From assembly GCA_973895155.1 (NCBI GenBank), contig OZ316891.1, forward strand, positions 2,677,701-2,741,700: a stretch of 64,000 nt of DNA. Reading direction: 5' to 3'. Below the pieces are notes generated by a model that saw only the letters and a program-made list of their open reading frames with translations, was not told the DNA's origin and searched no databases. Positions 12,274 through 22,996 of this stretch are shown in pieces (the stretch's first letter is position 1; every line of letters begins with the position of its first letter). Position numbers and translations under genes: made by a program. This DNA comes from Marsupella aquatica (Eukaryota; Plantae; Marchantiophyta).

Positions 12274-14877
12274 GAGTTCGTTTCAACCTGTCGTAGTCAT
12301 ACTAGGAGGAATTCGACTTCTAGTCGATGAAACAAACAACCCACTGGGTTCAAGTTCTCTGTATATATATGCTGAAAGCTCCCCTATGCGTAGCTCAGGG
12401 TTGCCGAGTGGAAAAGACAGGGTGTCTCATGCGTCAGATATTTATAGATGCGTTAGATTTGATATGATACTTCTCTGCGTGTAACATTCGGGAAATTGTG
12501 GTTGTAGACATGTACCTTAGTGGTTTGGCCAGTAGGTAGTTGCAACTGGTGTCAGGTATGAGAAAATTTGGCTTCCCCTGCCAGTTGTGTGCAATAGTGA
12601 ATTTGGTTTATGAATCCTTGAATTATCAACCAGTCGCTGTGCGTAGTGAGGCCCTCTTCATCTATTGTGATCATTGCATATACAGAGAAGCTCCTCAACA
12701 AAATTACAAGACATGCACTCGGAGTATGTCCTTCTCCTGCTTAGTCGATGAGGAACTGTGCTTTAAAGTATTTCAGTATATGGCTGATGACTTGGCTCCG
12801 TGGAGTTATTCTGCCTGGTGTGTGGTTAAAGTCTTTTGTTCCTGGAGGGCTGTCAATGTGTGTAAGAGTCCCCGTTATTCTTGTTTAATTCAGAGATGAA
12901 ACAGGTCCTAATGCAACTCGCAGTGCGTGTGAGACAGCGAACAGGTACTTTGAAATCTTCCCAACTGTACATTTCCCCGCCGTATTTTTTATTAGGTCGG
13001 TGAGGATCTTTTTACCTCACGTTTGGGTATCTGAGATCTTTATAGAGCTTTTCAGAGGTAGTGGCCCAACAGGTATTTTCTTTTTTCTCTGTTGGGTGTT
13101 CGGACTGATTCACACTTTCTGCGTCCATCCTCTTAAATCAAAGACCTACGAGTATTCATTCTCTTTGCTTTATATGTGATCTGGACCATCTGAGATGCTT
13201 ATGTATCAGATGGGCTGAAGTCGTGAGATCACCAATCCCGTCATCTTACCCGTCGGCTCTTTTCATAGATTTACATTGTTGCTCTTTGTCACTCGAGTGT
13301 AAACTGTAGCTATTGTACGCAAACTGGAACTTGAGAGAACCGATGCTCACAGCTCCCGTTCAAGAGCTCTTCTGCTCTGAATCCTTGTATGACAGACTCA
13401 ACTCAGCAAACCTCGTTTGTGCACATTCGTAAAGGCTTCCTTGCATGCAGCGGACAGTTGTATAACTGGACTTGTAGACCCACTTCATGAGAAGATAGAC
13501 AGGAAGATTCGTGGAAGAATTCAAGAAGACGATATCATTAGAACATGGTCTCGAAAAGGGAGCTAAGGTCGGGGTTAAAGAACAAAGAATTATTTTACAA
13601 AACGACAGCGGACCCATCGAACTGAGAACTTGCCGAAATCATAACTTTGTCAGCTTAATGTAGTATTGTATGATTAAATCCTGGTAATGGAAGGACGATG
13701 ATTAATTTTGCTTTGCTTGATGTTGTTAGCTCTTTCCTTTGTGGCCGTGGAGATCTTTCTCTGGAAAGCGGCACCAGGGACGTCAGGTATTCCCCAAAAT
13801 CAATTGTTGAGTCTGACAAGCTGATAACAGGCAGGATAGTTCTTGCAGGAGTTCGACTACCAAGTTAAGTTCCATGTTCTTAAAGCAACGGCTCTTACAA
13901 CCCAAAACAGATGTCAACTGATCCGTCACAACTAAGATGAGAACTTATGACCTGATATAGAGACGTCCAGAGTTCTAATGAACTGATATTTTAGATCTCA
14001 GGTTTTGGTCCATAGTCAGCAACGCAGCTGGTCTTACATTTAAGCCATGAGAACTTCAGTAAATGAAACCGGCTTCCGCTGTTACGATGTCTTGAAAAAC
14101 TCCGTTTTCAGCGAAATCCGTGGGCAGTCATCAAACAATTGGTGCGGTTCGGTTCGGTATGAAAGGCTACACATGCTCTATCATTGAGGAGTGTTTTTGG
14201 GTATGTAGATAGCTGACAAGTAATGAGATTGTGATGTACAGTGAGCTATTTGAGGTTACAGTCCAGAAACTTCACCCACATTAAAGATATTTGTAAAGTG
14301 AGACCCAAGTTTGAGGGACGGATTGTGCTAACCACAGATGATCAGTCAAGATGTGATGATAATCGAAAAGTGATTCGGGTGGACAGAAGGAGCTTGAGTT
14401 AACAGCGAAGCCAGACTTGTAAAATGCAATAGGATGAATTGCATTGACTAAAATTTCAATGGCACGGCAACCAACTGCACTGAATCTCAGAAAAAACGAA
14501 GGGGTGGGGGGGCTGTTTTGTGTTGGGGGGGGGAGTAGCAGACTACCAGTACCCGTACCCCCATGGAACCAGTCGAGACCTTGCTGTTGTGCCTCTATGC
14601 ACGCTATAAAGCTTCCAAAGGCTCGCCCAGAAATCCCGAACTACTATTGATCTTATCTGAGTGCCCTCTCTCGGGTTGGGGACGGAGCTCTCGTTTCCGC
14701 TGGCTATGGCGCCGGCATGGCAGCGAGGCGCGACGTCCTCCCGGGATGGTCATGGCACGATGAAGACGGCCTGCGGGAGCTAGCCAGCTCTCCTGCTATG
14801 GAGAGCACTTCGGCTCTGTGCTACAACGCGGGCCTCCCCAAACTAATACTAAGACCGACATCACACCAACACCAACA

Positions 14878-15742
14878 CCAATCATGATGTCCACTGACTC
14901 TCCGCAGCGTTTGCGTTTGTCGCCAATCATGATCTCCAATGTACTACGCAGCGTTTGTGTTTGTCACCCGTGTGGGTGGGGTTGTGCTGGTTGTCTTGCT
15001 ATGTCGTGTGGGCAGATTGATTTCCCGTAGTGTTGATTAGGTTGAAATTCTGATGTTGGACATGAGATCCTCCGCATTTGTGTTCGTCAACCGACCGCGT
15101 GCGAGGACTTGTTCTGGTTGTCTTCCTATGACGTCATATGGGCTGATTGATTTCCCGCGGTGCTGATGTGGTTGAAGCCCTGACGTTGGAGATGAGATCC
15201 AAGCCTGTGTGTCTGTCACCCCCGTGCAAGGAGTTGTTTTGGCTGTCTTCCTATGTCGTATGGGCCGATTGATTTCCGTAGGCTGATGTGGTTGAAACCC
15301 TGATGTTGGAGATCAGACCCTTGCATGTTGTGGTTTGGACAGGTTAGGGTTGTACAGCCTGGTGTTCTGTTCACGGATCGATGTTGGAGATGAGTCCCTT
15401 GCATCTTGTGGTCTGTGCAGTTTAAGGGTTCTACCGCTCGCTGTTCTGTTTACCGATTACAGTTTGATTTTTTGTTTAGAAATAATTTGTTTAGAGAAAA
15501 CTGATCCTTGTGGCACCGATTGGTTGGGTTTTTACTGATCCTTGTAGCACCGATTGGTTGGGTTTTTCTGTAGAATGAATCTTTCTGTAGAGACAAATGA
15601 TCCTTGTAGCAATGAGTAGGTGTGTGTTTTTCTTCCTTAGAAAGAATCCTTCTTTAGAGACAAATGATCCTTGTAGCAATGATTAGGTGTGTTTTTTTCT
15701 TTAGAAAGAATCCTTCTTCAGAGGCAAATGATCCTTGTAGCA
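14878..15742. repeat. Composite tandem-repeat block (2x ~45 bp, ~3x ~130 bp, 5x TGATCCTTGT(A/G)GCA units)
   Basis: CCAATCATGAT.TCCA.TG...CGCAGCGTTTG.GTTTGTC twice (14878-14965). GGG..GATTGATTTCC.G...TGAT..GGTTGAA..CTGA.GTTGGA.ATGAG at ~15010, 15140, 15262. TGATCCTTGT(A/G)GCA at ~15502, 15536, 15598, 15665, 15729. Confidence 0.8.
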
Positions 15743-16362
15743 GTTCGCCTCACGTACGGTCGCCACTCTATGCAGCCTGATCTCTGGTCTTGTTCGAATT
15801 AATCGATCTGTCCGTCGCAGTTTGAGAGAACATGAACATTACATCAATAGCACCGTGTTGTTAAGCCAACTCAATGCATCTTGACAGAACTTCGGTTGAT
15901 GTGTCTGTCCATCGGCATTGCACACTGTTTGACATATCCGGGAAGATGCTTTAAACTTTTGCTGCCTGTCGATCCGTCTTAACAATGATTGGAAATGTTA
16001 GCAATGATCACTGCTACATTACACACTTACCCAATTCGTGAAGACTGAAATCAGAGTCAGAAATTTCATTCCATCACTTATGTGCTGTGGATACGCATCC
16101 ATCTTAGTGATAAGGGTCTCACTCCGCTCATGTCAGGTTCATCAGTAATCAGCACACTAAAGGGTATGTAGTTCCCAAGAGCGAACCTCCAGAAGAGTCG
16201 GGATAATTGCCAGAAAAAGACTACTTCTCGACGCTCGGGCTCGTTACACCCATCAGTATGAATAGAAAGATAGTTGAATTCAAGTGGTCAGAAGTTCGCA
16301 CCCAGACAGGATGAATGAAAGATGACTGATTTCAGAGGGAGTGTTTCGAAGGTGCGGTATCC

Positions 16363-16456
16363 AGGAGAGCAAACGACTTCCTTCCATCACAGTTTTCGAA
16401 GAGAGCAAAACCACTTCCATCACCGTTGTCCGAGAGAGGAAACCACATCCATCACC
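16363..16456. repeat. 3x ~35-bp repeat GAGAG.AAA.CAC.TCCATCAC
   Basis: Three diverged units visible directly. Confidence 0.65.
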
Positions 16457-16843
16457 TTCTGTCTAACACAGACGAGTGGAGCCTTGAACCTTGTGAAGCC
16501 TGAATCACCACAATCTACTCAAAATTGCAAAGGATATTGGGCTTCCTGCTTAGCCATTTGGTGTGATTTTTCCTCCCATGATAATTTTGTTGTATCTGCA
16601 TAGAGGAGCCAGACAAATGATTTGATAGGAGCTAGTTGCAAGCTCGTTCGTGAGGAAGAGTCTTTTTTGGATTTGGGACACTCTCCCTAATGTCTGTGCT
16701 GCTTGGTCCTGCATTGGTCTTGCCCATAAAGAAGTAGCAATTCTATAAGAATGTCCTCCTCTGTCTTCCATTGCAAAAACTTATTGCCCATTGCTTTAAT
16801 TTCTCTCCCCTTGATTATACCAATTGAGCTCAATATCGGTGTG

Positions 16844-17627
16844 TTGCACAAAAAATGTCGTGTTGGCCAAGATGTCGTGTCGGTCAAGATGTCGTTAAGA
16901 AAAAAGAAGTCATTTTGCCCAAGATGTTGTTATGTGAAGATGTTGTTAAGAAAAAAGATGTCGTGTAACCCAAGATGTCGTTATGTGAAAGATGTCACCA
17001 AGAAAAAAAATATCGTTAAGAATAAAGAAGTTGTGTCACCAAAGACGTCGTTATGTGAAAGATGTCATCAAGTAATAAAATGTCATCGAGTAAAAAGATG
17101 TCGTGGCACCAAAGATGTACATTGTTATGTCAAAGATGTAGTGAAGTAAAAAGATGTAGTGAAGTAAAAAGATGTAGTGGTGCCAAAGATGTAGTGAAGT
17201 AAAAGATGTCGAGAAGTAAAAAAATACCGTGGCGCAAAAGATGTTGTATCATGTAAAATGTCGTGAAGTAAAAAGATGTCATGATGCCAAAGATGTTGTC
17301 AAGTAAACAATGGTGTTATGTCAAAATGTCGCAAAGTAAAAAGATGTTGAGGCGCCTAAGATGTTGGAGGTTTGGAGGTTTTGTTATTTTGTCTCCTTAG
17401 AATTGGAGAGAGGAGGGAGAGAGGAGCGCAGGGAAGAGGGCAGCACAGCGCGGGGGGGGGGGAGAGCGACAGGTGGTTGCACCGCTGTGCATTGAGGGCC
17501 AGGGTTGCGGGGAGAGAAATGGAGGACAGTTTTTCCAGCTTTATTCCTTTCTTTTTACAGTTTTGGTACTTCCCACCCAAAACGTCATGTTAAATTCAAA
17601 TGATGGTCACGCCATTTTTTGGTGCCA
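16844..17627. mobile_element. Putative non-autonomous DNA transposon with imperfect TIRs and an AAAGATGTCGT subterminal array
   Basis: Left TTGCAC-AAAAAATGTCGTG; reverse complement of right end TGGCACCAAAAAATGGCGTG. More than 20 A(A)AGATGT(C/A/T)(G/A)T units over 16852-17365, then a purine-rich tract. No TSD identified. Confidence 0.5.
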
Positions 17628-18309
17628 TAATGTATTATATGTTTTGATAGAGATAACAAAAAGCAAAAGCAGTTAACAGGAGACCTTAATTTCTTCTAAT
17701 TGCAAACATTTACAAAGGGTCTCATAATGGAAAGTGAAAATTTTGAGCTATGTTCATATCCTCCAATGCACACATGGATAGTTTTCTTGGAGATAAAATG
17801 CGGAAAAAATAGGCCTTTACAATGGCCTTCAAATAAGATAATCTATCTTTTATCACTTTCCTAGCTTAATGCCCTTCATGAATTTACTTTTTACACCTAA
17901 TTTCAGGGCATTTATCAATAAAAATGCACATTCAAAATAAGGATCGCCACATTCTTTTATTTCTCCTCTGCTTTTACTAAAGTAAGGAAAATGAAAATAT
18001 TTTACTCTTCAGGTGTGTTAACTTCCTATTACCTGATTATGAGCGATATTAACTCTCAAAACTTGAGCTAAAACCCTTGTTTTGAGGCATTATGGTTAAC
18101 AATGTTCTCTAAAATGTATGTTTATAGAGACTAAATGTTCTGTGGTTTGACTGGATTTTCTTCTACACCGTGTTAGGTACAACTTACCTCAATCACAACA
18201 ATTCACAATTTTTGTACCCTTTCCCTTGTAAAGAACTCTTTGACCACGACTAAAATCTAGTACCCTCTGACCTTAAAATCCAATGGTCTTCCTTACTGAG
18301 TGTGAACTC

Positions 18310-18770
18310 CAGCGCCATTAAGGCAGGGCAGGGCTGGAGGAGGAGGAGGGACTCGGGCAAGGCAAGGCAAGGCCGCGGCGAGGGAGCTGGAGTCAAGGGA
18401 GGAAAGGCGAGGCGAGGGAGGGGGGGGGCAAGACAGAGGCGAGGGGCAGGCAAGGGAGGGAGCAGGAGTTGGGGCGAGGACGGAGGGTTGCCGACGGTGG
18501 GCTTGTCGGGGCTCATCAAGGGAGGGAGCAAGGTCATGGGGGGAGGGAGCAAGGTAGTCGGGGCTTGTTGGGGAGGGAGCAAGATCGCGACACGGTTGGG
18601 CTTGTCGGGGCGCTGCAGAGTCAAGGTGCTGGAGGGATACCGGGGTCACCGTGGGATGTTTTGTGCACTCGGGTTTTTTTTTGCTGTTTATAGTTTCCAC
18701 TTTTTTTGTGTCAACTTTTTCCACCCAAAATGCCCCGCCATTTTGAATGATGACCACGAAAAAAATGCAC
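18310..18770. repeat. G/purine-rich repeat tract (GGAGGGAGCA(A)G x4, GGGCTTGT(C/T)GGGG x3) ending in a motif shared with the 16844-17627 element end
   Basis: Motifs visible directly. CCACCCAAAA...AATGATG..CACG occurs at both 17573-17611 and 18721-18758. Confidence 0.6.
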
Positions 18771-19239
18771 AACTTTGTATTATAGTCTTTAATAGCTTTT
18801 GATATCATTATAATACTATACAATAATATTGTAGTACCTGCAATAGTAGAAAGTATCATATACATTAAATGTACCTTTGTACTTCTTGTGTATGGATAAG
18901 TGATGTCCTTGATACTCCTGCATGTGCATTAGCTCCTCTTTTTTGGTGTCCCATTTGATTCCCCATTTGTTTGGAATGCACTTGATTCACTTTTGGTGCA
19001 CACTAAATTTAATATAGCTGTGATTCTTTCTGTTTGCTAGGATTAACTTTTTTGGAATTTTTTTGGACACTGCAAATTTGAATGACAACCATTGCAAAGA
19101 AAGGGCTCAACAGTGTAATATAGTTTAGGATTATCGCAATGACAGCCCAGAAATTATGTTGCTTATGTCGCAAACATGAATGTTTGCTTTTGTTATTGTA
19201 AAAAATAAGATTTTTCGTGTTTGTGGCTGGTTGTGCTGA

Positions 19240-20520
19240 TTTGACACAACCTCATGGCAGTGAATTTGCAAGGGACCTCTCATGGGGTCCGCACTAAACA
19301 TTTTGGCGCATAAGGTGTAATGACCACGTCTATTTTGCAGGAACGGTACCCCATCACGTATCATTTAGATCAAGTTGTTGTACTGCAAGTGCTTAGAGCA
19401 CCATGAAAACTTGGGCCAAAGAACCATGCTCTCGCTTGAAAAAGAGTTTGATAACAATTTCAAGACTGGTTGGCTGTCAAATATTGAGGCCACCAGCAGA
19501 AGAGTTCAAGCAAGCTCTTCCATACAATGTATCATAGTTTTGGGGTATGTGTGATTAAATAAAACAAAAAAGGAGCTGGCAACCTCATCTTGGATTAGAT
19601 CTTCAAAATACTTGACGATCTTTCTCCATTCCTCCAATTCATGAACATCTGCACCTTGAATACTTCAATGTATATTTGCTGCCATGTTTGCAAGTATCAA
19701 AGGGAGGTGATCTGCCTTCTCAACAATTGCATAAACTGCTTCCTGTCACACACAATCATGCTCACAGGTTAATTTTGCATCTATTGAAATTGCCTCCATT
19801 TTAGATTCTGGGTTACAACATCCAGCCCGGACAACGTTTACTTAACTCAAAGTGACCACTCAAACAAAACGTGTTCATTGTTCTATACCAGAGCACAATT
19901 TGGACTTATGAGCAAGGATGGCAATGGCGGGGTGGTGTCTTTGGTCTCCCATCTACATGGGGTTTGTGAGAATTTGGGATGCCTCCCATGCAGTTGGACG
20001 GGATCTGCACACATCTAGCATCACTCCACAGTTGTGGTATTTGGGTAGTGACTAGATATTTTAGCCATTGCTGGTTCACAACTATCATCCAGTATATTCA
20101 GAACTTTTCAAGTCAATAGCCTTCCTGTGACAGCCTTGAAAAGGAAAGACACTTATGAAAGCTCTAACTTTGCACTTACTTATTGTCCTCTGTGATTGTC
20201 CTTTTACAAGTTTTGGTCCTTTATAGAGAAGAATGCACATTACAGATTTGGGTTCGGGCAAACTTCACTTCTACTGTACTATACTAGTAAAAATGAAAAC
20301 TCTCTTTGGGCCTAGTGGAATGGACTTCAAAGTGAAACCATGCTTCATACAGTGTTGGGGACTGATGATCTTTATTGATGTCCAGTCAAGGTTCTAAGAA
20401 CTTCAGAAGAGCAAGGGAGAAGTTTATACCCCCATCTCGTAGATTTAGGGGCAAAAATTTCAGCCAGCCTGCATAGCTTCCCATAGTACATTCGAACTGG
20501 TAAATCACTAGTGGTTCCAT
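19240..20520 (-). pseudogene. Decayed NB-ARC (NLR/STAND ATPase) gene
   Basis: Ordered minus-strand motifs: degenerate P-loop YYGKLCRLA (GK at ~20477-20482), Walker B KVLNILDDSCE (~20075-20107), RNBS-B LKYLVTTQ (20041-20064), AIAILAH (RNBS-C-like), acceptor acag|GAA at 19742, then EAVYAIVEKADHLPLILANMAA (GLPL-like, 19698-19709), EEWRKIV, LA*TLLLVASIF, KHLQYNNLI. In-frame stops at 19665, 19506, 19365 plus frameshifts. Confidence 0.75.
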
Positions 20521-20565
20521 ACCTGCACTCATCCTTTTCATGTAGGTTGGGCCGGGAGCAAAATG

Positions 20566-21102
20566 AGCTTGTGTAATGATTTGGTGAACCGCAACTTAAA
20601 CTTTTGACCCATGGAGTCTGTTTATGGCTCCCTCCAAACCACAATTCATTTGGTTTTTTTAAGGCAAAAAAAAAATAGAGTTTGTATAATGATTGTTAGG
20701 ATTTACTCTTAGGTCTAGAGTTACGACTGTACCATAGTTAAGGCTAACCTTAGTCGCAGACATGGTTAGGTTAGTCATGCTGTGCACACTCTATAAGCAA
20801 GCGGTGTTTGCTTGGAGAGATGGAACTCAGGCTCATTCTTACGGAGTGAGGGAGAGATAGAGAGAGCTTGCGTTGTGGATGCTTGGTATGGCCGGTCGGC
20901 CTAGAGTGCAGTAAAGCTCTTGTGTGTTCTCGTGGACGTAGCCTCATGTGGAGGTGAACCACGTATCTCTTTGTGTCGACTCTTGTGCGTTGGATGGTTC
21001 ATGGGCTTGCCGTTGCGATTGTCGTCTATGCTCAACAATGATCTCAGTGAACCACAACTTAAAACTTTTGACCCGTGGAGTCTGTTTATGGCTCCCTCCA
21101 AA
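20566..21102. repeat. Tandem duplication whose second unit is split by the solo LTR
   Basis: GTGAACC.CAACTTAAA.CTTTTGACCC.TGGAGTCTGTTTATGGCTCCCTCCAAA at 20584-20638 and 21047-21102. Confidence 0.8.
20694..21037 (+). mobile_element. Solo LTR (344 bp) with 5-bp TSD ATGAT
   Basis: Begins TGTTAG, ends CTCAACA. ATGAT at 20689-20693 and 21038-21042. Internal TATA-like CTATAAG. Near-identical inverted copy at 41351-41696. Confidence 0.9.
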
Positions 21103-21340
21103 GCAGATTATGCTACTTGTTCAAATTTCATACTTATCAAATTTGAATTATATGTTCTTTCAGCCTCCATACAATATGAGCTTCATACTCTAGCTGTGCC
21201 TGGTTGCATAAGTACCTTAACACCCTATGTCAAGGGCATTATGGGCCTCATTTTCACCTCAAAACTCCAACTACTGACCTCATTTTAGGGGGTGTCATAC
21301 TACAAACACTGCAAAGACTGAAAAAGGAAAAAGGGAATAT

Positions 21341-21791
21341 TGCATTTATCCAGGGTTGCAGTTAGGGTTGAGACAGTACTTTCATCTCTCTATAAGTGCA
21401 CAATCCTGAGAAGAAACATCAGGTGTGCACTTAACATGGATTTGCACTACGTGATAAGTGCAAAAACATAGAAATGTGCAATCATCCTTGGCTCAGTCAG
21501 TGATTCTCACCCAAAATTGTACATCTCTACCCTAAATTTGGTCCCCCCAATAAGTGCAATTCTTACCCTACTCAATGCCACACACTTATCATTAAGTGTA
21601 CTTCAGTGGAATGTGCGCTTATTGATAGGTTTTCTGTACACTTATCAAGGGTTTTCACTTATGAAGTTGTCATTTAGCAAAAGTTTTTTGGACCTATTTG
21701 CAGTTACCAAAGGTACAAATTCCATGGGAAAAATGGTTGAAATAATTTCTTGCAGTTATCCAGGGTTCTAACTTATGGAGTGTGCACTTAG
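21341..21791. repeat. TAAGTGCA/TGCACTTA-rich block, probable transposon remnant
   Basis: Multiple (A)TAAGTGCA and (G)CACTTA motifs in both orientations. TGCA.TTATCCA.GGTT occurs at 21341 and 21751 (and 22634). Confidence 0.45.
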
Positions 21792-22105
21792 AGCAAGACA
21801 ACTGTAAAGTAAGTTTGGAATTCCAAGAGTCACAAGACCGAATGCCATTTGTGGTCAATCAATGGATTCCCTCTCATTTTTCTAGAGTTATGAATGAAAG
21901 TTTAAGCAAAGAGAGTATAGTCTCTCACCACATGTCACATCTCCCAAGAGAAGAACCCAAGAGAAGAAGAGAACTCAAGTCTGGCCAACTTGACTGACGG
22001 ACAGATGGGCGGCATGACATTGCCTAGAAAGCATAGAAACACTGGAGTCCAGTAGCAGAAGGCAGATATACATCAAGTTGTCAATCAATGACAGGCTTTC
22101 CACCA
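21749..22105 (+). pseudogene. Decayed duplicate of the RPN2 promoter/5'UTR/start codon (22632-23015)
   Basis: Colinear blocks: GGAGTGTGCACTTAGAG; AAGACCGAAT.CCATTT.GTGGTCA; GAGTTATGAAT; GTCTCTCACC; CTAGAAAGC.TAG; CAGTAGCAGAA.GC; TCAATCAATGACAGG vs TCGATCGATGGCAGG. Confidence 0.85.
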
Positions 22106-22289
22106 AAACGTTTTGGGGCCATTTTCTGGTCCCCCTTACAAAAGTGCCTTAAACCACACCTGCCCATATCAAATTCCCCTACCTACCCAGCTCTTGTTCT
22201 TGGAACAGTGGAGCTCACCTTAACTTCAAAGGTTGACATCCCAACACTCTTACTCATCCCCCCATTCATCTTATTGATAAAGCGCAAAC

Positions 22290-22455
22290 TCCAAGCTAGA
22301 TCTAGGTTTCTAGAGTAAAAACTCTAGATTGTAACTCTATGGCCAATCATATGTACAGAAAGACTCATGGCATTCCAAGCTAGATCTAGGTTTCTAGAGT
22401 AAAAACTCTAGATTATAACTCTATGGCCAACCATATGTATGGAAAGACTCACGGG
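22290..22455. repeat. 2x ~84-bp near-identical tandem duplication
   Basis: TCCAAGCTAGATCTAGGTTTCTAGAGTAAAAACTCTAGATT.TAACTCTATGGCCAA.CATATGTA..GAAAGACTCA.GG twice. Confidence 0.9.
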
Positions 22456-22996
22456 TATGATGTATGTCAAATGATGATCACATATGTATTTGTCATAATT
22501 TCAATTTGCATTAAAAAAATGTACATACAGGCTAGTAAAACCAGAGTTACAGGTTACCCGTCCCATTCATGTGCGTTTAAATTCAGCCAAAACGTGCAAC
22601 AGAGTGCAAGACATAAGGGAAGAACGGACATCTTGCAATTATCCATGGTTGCATTTACGGAGTGTGCACTTAGAGAGAGGTCACTGTACTGTACTGTTAC
22701 TGTTACTGTGAGTTCCGACTTCCGAGAAAAGGTCTTCGAAAGACCGAATTCCATTTTGTGGTCATTCACTCTGTTCCCTCTTCGTTTTCTCGAGTTATGA
22801 ATCGAAAGCTGAAGCGAGGAAGTGTTGTCTCTCACCCCGTCTCACACCTTCCAAGGGACCAAGAGGACTCGAGGCCGGCCGACTGCAAGGACGGACGGGC
22901 ATGCGGGTGGCATTACATCACTTACTACTACTAGAAAGCGTAGGAAGCGCTGGAGCTCAGTAGCAGAAAGCGCGATATCCAGCGAGCTGTCGATCG

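Noticed and set aside
16852-17365. Regular repeats here and at 50879-51585, 52250-52820 and 58126-58593 considered as CRISPR arrays
   Set aside because: No unique spacers between identical repeats, no cas genes, eukaryotic context.
18250-18865. Pro-rich and Gly/Arg-rich ORFs on both strands
   Set aside because: Products of the G-rich repeat tract; non-ATG starts and no domain signal.
19981-20045. PKYHNCGVMLDVC read as an Ulp1 protease motif
   Set aside because: Another frame of the same DNA gives KYLVTTQ, which fits the ordered NB-ARC motifs much better.
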